From: a candidate division WOR-3 bacterium
GTDB taxonomy: Bacteria; Hydrothermota; Tepidihabitantia; Tepidihabitantales; Tepidihabitantaceae
DNA: 64,000 nucleotides
Assembly (NCBI GenBank): GCA_965648905.1
Contig: CBFGIT010000016.1
Location: 2,281-66,280 of the forward strand
Direction of reading: 5' to 3'
Under the pieces are notes generated by a model. The model had not been told where the DNA came from, searched no databases, and saw nothing but the letters and a program-made list of their open reading frames with translations. Each line of letters begins with the position of its first letter. The first letter of the stretch is position 1. The translations under genes were made by a program, and so were the position numbers. This document shows, in pieces, positions 59,740 through 64,000 of the stretch.

Positions 59740-61061
59740 CCGCTTTCTTCGGCCTCAGTTGGCTCGGGTGCGACCGGGTTGGTCACTATGACCAACGCTC
59801 CGACAACCGAGCCGGATGAGTCACGCAGAGCTTCGATACAGACCGCAGACCCAGGCATCGAGGGGATCAGCTCGCATTCGCGGTGGCTCGCTGCACCGGC
59901 CAAGGTGCGCTCGAGCGGCTCACGGAGAAACTGCAGCAGGGGGAACTCGGATATGTCGTGTCCGAGAGCTTCGTTGGCAGGGCGACCGAGCAATGGTGCG
60001 ATTGCGGAATTGGCAAAGGTGATTCTCGGGACGCGGTCAACGACGAGCACGCCCTCGGGCAGGTCGTCGGCCAGGAGTCGAAACCGGCGTTCAAGCAGGA
60101 GGATGCGGTTGACCTTCAGTTCGTCAAACTCGCGCAGTCGGGCAAAGACCCGGTTTATCTGACGGGCAAGCCGACCGAACTCGTCGTGCGTCGTCAGGGG
60201 CACACGTACGTTCAGGTCGCCCTGCTCGGCCCGGGTCAGGGCATGAGCGATGCGCTTGACCGGGATGACCAGCCGGTTGGGCACGGTCGCGACGAGCCAG
60301 ACGAGCAGAATGAGAACTAGGAGCAGCACGGTGACGATGTTGCGCTGACCCCAGACCGACAACCGGCGGGCCGCCTGCTGGTTCCTCCGGGTACGTCCCA
60401 CCGCATGGGCCACGACGCTGTCGGTGCGGGCCCGGATGCGCTCTTCGACAGCCATAACCCGTTCGTTCAGCAGCCGGCCGAGCAGGCCGTCCGGCTGGGG
60501 CCGGGACATCTGGTCAGCCAGCGCATCAGCCGCCCGCAGAAGCGAGTCCCGGACTGCGGAATCCTCGCTGACATCGACCATGTCGAGCAGAAACTGGTGC
60601 TGGTTGCGGAGCTGGGCAAACTCGCGCAGGGCTGCACTGCTGAACTCGGTTGCGGACAAAGCAGTAAGCGTGTCGAGCTGAGCCCGGTAGGCCGCCGCAT
60701 CGGCGAGAATCGCCCGGAACAGCGGCCCAAGGTCTGCGGCCATTCGCGCACCACGGCTGCACAGGGCCGTGACCTGGTCGAGGCTTGCGCGCGTGGCGGC
60801 CAGGTAGGCCGAGTCCCGGTAGAGGAGGAAGTTCTTCTCGTTGCGCCGGGCCTGAAGAAAGGTCAGGGAGACCCGGTCGCCGAGCCTTACCAGCTCCAGG
60901 TCCACGTCGACGACCTGCTGGAGCGCAACGTTCATGCGGCCGATATAGACCAGGGCGACGATAACCGCGGGCGCAACCAGGGCCGCGGAGAGGAACATCC
61001 CGACCGCAATGCGGCCGCGGATTGAACCGTTGCGGCCCCGACGTGGAACTGGGCGTGGCAT
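59736..61061 (-). CDS. Membrane sensor protein (periplasmic helical sensor, HAMP, PAS) with no kinase/output domain
   Basis: TM1, 'ARRNEKNFLL', TM2, HAMP 'PVKRI...GDL.VRV...DEFGRLA..IN', PAS 'LPEGVLVVD...FAN', then stop. Confidence 0.8.
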   Translation of the reverse strand: MPRPVPRRGRNGSIRGRIAVGMFLSAALVAPAVIVALVYIGRMNVALQQVVDVDLELVRLGDRVSLTFLQARRNEKNFLLYRDSAYLAATRASLDQVTALCSRGARMAADLGPLFRAILADAAAYRAQLDTLTALSATEFSSAALREFAQLRNQHQFLLDMVDVSEDSAVRDSLLRAADALADQMSRPQPDGLLGRLLNERVMAVEERIRARTDSVVAHAVGRTRRNQQAARRLSVWGQRNIVTVLLLVLILLVWLVATVPNRLVIPVKRIAHALTRAEQGDLNVRVPLTTHDEFGRLARQINRVFARLREFDELKVNRILLLERRFRLLADDLPEGVLVVDRVPRITFANSAIAPLLGRPANEALGHDISEFPLLQFLREPLERTLAGAASHRECELIPSMPGSAVCIEALRDSSGSVVGALVIVTNPVAPEPTEAEESG

Positions 61062-61064
61062 CGG

Positions 61065-61754
61065 CTACTTGCCCTGAGACAGCCGCTCGATCTCTTCGTC
61101 CGGCCCGACCACGACCAGAACGTCGTCGTTCTCAACCCGGTCGTCCGGGCCCGGGATGTCGTTGATCCGCTCCTCGAAGCGGCTTGAGCCGGTTTCGTCC
61201 ACAACCGGCACCCGCTTCTTGATGGCGATGACGTTGACCTGATAACGCCGCCGGATGTCGAGCTCCCCGAGCTTGCGGCCGAGCATCTCGCGCCGCGGCT
61301 TCATCTCGACCAGACTGTGACCGCTGGCAAGGTTAATCATCTCGATGATGTCGGGAGCAATCAGGGTCCGGGCAACCTGCTCCGCCATCTGCTCCTCAAT
61401 CAGCACGGTGCGGTCGGCCCCGACGTCGTGCAGAATCTGGGCGTAGATATTGGACGAGGCCCGGGCAACGACGTAGGCCGCGCCGAGCCGATGGAGAATC
61501 GCGGTACAGAGCACCGCTGCCTCCATCCGCTCGCCCATTGCCACGACCACCGCATCGACGTCGAGCACACCCGAGCGCGCCAGCGCCTCTTCGTTGGTCG
61601 CGTCAAGACAGAGTACCTGGGTAAGTTCGTCTTTCAGTTCCTCGACGCGCTGCGGGTTGGAATCGATACCCAGCACCTCGGCGTCCTTGGCCGCGAGCGA
61701 GCGGGCAACTCGGCCACCGAAAGTGCCCAGTCCGATGACGGCAAACTGCTTCAT
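61065..61754 (-). CDS. trkA: TrkA/KtrA-family potassium uptake RCK subunit
   Basis: 'VIGLGTFG', 'DAT', 'GAD', RCK-C 'VNVIAIK...DVLVVVG'. Confidence 0.93.
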   Translation of the reverse strand: MKQFAVIGLGTFGGRVARSLAAKDAEVLGIDSNPQRVEELKDELTQVLCLDATNEEALARSGVLDVDAVVVAMGERMEAAVLCTAILHRLGAAYVVARASSNIYAQILHDVGADRTVLIEEQMAEQVARTLIAPDIIEMINLASGHSLVEMKPRREMLGRKLGELDIRRRYQVNVIAIKKRVPVVDETGSSRFEERINDIPGPDDRVENDDVLVVVGPDEEIERLSQGK

Positions 61755-61762
61755 GTTCCTCC

Positions 61763-63505
61763 TTATCCGACCAGAATACGGGCCTCAGGGTAGGCGATGG
61801 CTGGGCGCGATTCACGCGCGCGCATCGCCAGCGCCAGAGTCAACGGCCCGAGACGACCAACGTACATCAAGATGATAATCAGCAGCCTGCCGGCTACTGT
61901 CAACTTTGGCGTGATGCCGGTAGACAGACCGACGGTGCCGAACGCAGAGACGGTCTCAAACAGCACGCCGGCAAAAGAGCCCTGCTCGGTTAGAAGCAGC
62001 AGTGCAAAGAAACCGACGACGATGGCCGCGGAAACCGCGGCAATCGAGGTCGCCCGATAGACGACATCGCGCGGCACCAGTCGTCCCCGGAACTCAACGT
62101 CCTCGCGGCCCGCGATGCGGTTACGCACCGCGAGAAAGAACACCGCCACGGTGCTGGTCTTGATGCCGCCGCCCGTGCCGCCGGGCGAAGCGCCGATGAA
62201 CATGAGAATAGACCAAAGCAGCATGGTCACCGGTCTGAGATTCTCCAGCGGCACAGTATTGAACCCGGCGGTGCGCGGCGTGACCGACTGAAACAGGGCA
62301 GCAAGAAGCTTGGACCCCAGACCCAGGTTGGCGAGGGCATTGTCGTATTCGAGGAAGAAGAACGCGACCGTGCCGGCCACGACCAGCAGCCCGGAAGTGT
62401 ACAGCACCAGCCGGCTGTGAACCGTAAGACGTCGCAGCAGCCCGGTCGGGTTCGAACGCAGCGTGCGGCGGCTGACTACCTCGTGGACCACGCTGAACCC
62501 CATGCCGCCGACCAGAACCAGCCCGATAATCACGAAGTTGACGAGCAGGTCAGCGCGAAAGCGCACGAGCGAGTCGGAGAAGAGCGAGAAGCCGGCATTG
62601 CAGAACGCCGAGACCGAGTGGAACACGGCCTGGTACAAAGCCTGACCTGGGGTCGAGAACTGGTCCAGCCAGCGGACAAATAGCAGCAGCGCGCCGACCG
62701 CCTCGGCAAGCAGGGTCAGCAGCACGATGTAACGCAGGGTGCGGGCGATGTCGACGTCGCGGGCCTCCTCAATCATCGCCGACATGGTCTGACGCCGACT
62801 CAGACCCAGTCTGCGGCCGAAGATGACTGCCAAGCTAGCGGAGAAGGTCATGATACCCAACCCCCCCAACTGAATCAGGGCCAGGATGACAAGCTCGCCG
62901 AAGAACGAGAAGTAGACCGGCGTGTCCCGGACGACAAGACCGGTGACGCACGTTGCTGAGGTGGCGGTAAAAAGGGCATCGAGGAACGGCGTGCCCCGGC
63001 CGTCAGCAGTCGCTGCCGGAAAAGTCAGGAACAGCGTACCGACCGCAATGAGGCCGACAAAACTCAGCGCCATCAGCCGCACCGGCTGGAGCCGGACCTG
63101 CTCGATGATACCTGCGAAGCGCCGGGAATGGGTGAACGCATAGGTGAGCACCGTGACTTGGCGGATGATCACAACCGCCAGAACCGACTGGCCGAACAGC
63201 GCCCCGGCGAGAATCGGAACAACGAGCGCGAGGTCGAACCACCGCGTCCGGAAGTAGTCCCGGAAGGTCGGGGCATATAGAAAGCTGATAACCATGTCCA
63301 CCAGAGTGCCGGCGATAACCACGTAGGTCACAGCCTGAAGCAACCAGTCAAGCGATGCAAGCAGGCCAATCAGATAGCCGTGGCGCAGCACTACGAGCAC
63401 GAGCGCAACCGCCACGAGCGCGGTCAGCACCAGCCGCAGGCGAACCGGCAATGGCGGCGAGGCGCGCTCAGTGCGGATGATGCGGAAGCGGCGAAAAAGC
63501 TTCAC
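61763..63505 (-). CDS. trkH: TrkH/KtrB-family K+ transporter with an extra N-terminal 4-TM domain
   Basis: 'ATSATCVTGL', 'SAFCNAGF', 'RTAGFN', 'GGTGGGIKT', 'SAFGTVGLS', 'GRLGPLT'. Confidence 0.92.
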   Translation of the reverse strand: MKLFRRFRIIRTERASPPLPVRLRLVLTALVAVALVLVVLRHGYLIGLLASLDWLLQAVTYVVIAGTLVDMVISFLYAPTFRDYFRTRWFDLALVVPILAGALFGQSVLAVVIIRQVTVLTYAFTHSRRFAGIIEQVRLQPVRLMALSFVGLIAVGTLFLTFPAATADGRGTPFLDALFTATSATCVTGLVVRDTPVYFSFFGELVILALIQLGGLGIMTFSASLAVIFGRRLGLSRRQTMSAMIEEARDVDIARTLRYIVLLTLLAEAVGALLLFVRWLDQFSTPGQALYQAVFHSVSAFCNAGFSLFSDSLVRFRADLLVNFVIIGLVLVGGMGFSVVHEVVSRRTLRSNPTGLLRRLTVHSRLVLYTSGLLVVAGTVAFFFLEYDNALANLGLGSKLLAALFQSVTPRTAGFNTVPLENLRPVTMLLWSILMFIGASPGGTGGGIKTSTVAVFFLAVRNRIAGREDVEFRGRLVPRDVVYRATSIAAVSAAIVVGFFALLLLTEQGSFAGVLFETVSAFGTVGLSTGITPKLTVAGRLLIIILMYVGRLGPLTLALAMRARESRPAIAYPEARILVG

Positions 63506-63511
63506 GGGACT

Positions 63512-63539
63512 AGGTTAGCCTGCCAAGGCGCAAAGTCAA
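63512..63539 (-). promoter_or_regulatory. Leaderless promoter of trkH (TTGACT-16-TAACCT, GTG 6 nt downstream)
   Basis: Reverse strand ttgact...taacct agtccc GTG. Confidence 0.6.
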
Positions 63540-63671
63540 ACCGACCCGAGGCGCACGGCGGAGCGCGGCTCTCGTAATGACATGAAATACAAGCACTTGC
63601 TGTATGGGCATGCTGGCTTGGACTGGGAAAGCCTATTCGGCGAGCTGGAGCACGGACATAGTGTGTACTCT

Positions 63672-63699
63672 ATTATACTCGGAAACGGCGGGCTGACAA
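63672..63699 (-). promoter_or_regulatory. Strong sigma70-like promoter (TTGTCA-16-TATAAT) upstream of trkH
   Basis: Hexamers read directly; followed by an 8-codon ORF at 63633-63659. Confidence 0.55.
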
Positions 63700-63708
63700 G
63701 AAAACCGG

Positions 63709-64000
63709 CTAGAGCACGATTGCCAGCCCGATAGCGGCCGCAAGTCCCAGGCCTCCGCCGAACCAGAACGGCGCTGACGGGCCGGCAAGACTCCAGAGTG
63801 CACCGGCAATGAGCGACGCGGGCAGCAGACCGATGCCGACCAGGGTAGCATGCAGCCCGATGAACGTGGCCCGGTGCTGCTCAGGTGCGATATCGGCCAC
63901 CAGAGCCTTCTCCAGACCTTCGGTCAAAGCGGAGTAGACCCCGTACACGGCGAACAGCGGCAGGACAACGACGAACGGCGAATAGCGGAGGGCGAACTGC
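63709..64000 (-). CDS. MFS transporter, C-terminal part (5'-truncated by window edge)
   Basis: 'LYG..SALTEG..KALVAD...RAT.IG....GI.LLPASLIAG.LW' MFS C-terminal pattern. Confidence 0.85.
   Translation of the reverse strand, partial: QFALRYSPFVVVLPLFAVYGVYSALTEGLEKALVADIAPEQHRATFIGLHATLVGIGLLPASLIAGALWSLAGPSAPFWFGGGLGLAAAIGLAIVL

Noticed and set aside
63540-63670. c-di-AMP (ydaO) riboswitch upstream of trkH
   Set aside because: The context fits, but the conserved ydaO sequence blocks are not recognisable.

Overview
A GC-rich bacterial chromosome window with about 50 genes and no rRNA, tRNA, CRISPR array, transposase or integrase that I can recognise. T9SS-type C-terminal sorting domains, a PorV-like barrel and a C25 peptidase suggest an FCB-related lineage such as candidate division WOR-3 (inference). 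Housekeeping content: MBL hydrolase-mutL-miaA-NUDIX-metK-ahcY, rpmH-rnpA-yidD-yidC-jag-mnmE-usp-PTS IIA-argS, ligA-recG, type I asparaginase and a Trk K+ system. The strongest candidate for a new system is the cluster at 48.3-56.3 kb. It joins a sensor kinase and sigma54 activator, a globin-like + B12 photoreceptor-type protein (Wx9EH/ExHxxG, photocobilin-like), an ABC exporter, DUF523/DUF1722 and the UV endonuclease UvsE. Other highlights: an spt + ceramide-synthase-like pair; a dehydrogenase/HD/fused-aconitase trio with altered active-site motifs; a degenerate 5'-nucleotidase fused to ComEA; a degenerate GIY-YIG-like protein behind a structured leader; and a G-rich hairpin element at about 40.0-40.3 kb. 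Across the window, many promoters sit 6-8 nt upstream of start codons (leaderless, often with 16-nt spacers) and several genes probably start at CTG or ATT. Family calls come from motif recognition only; no searches were run.
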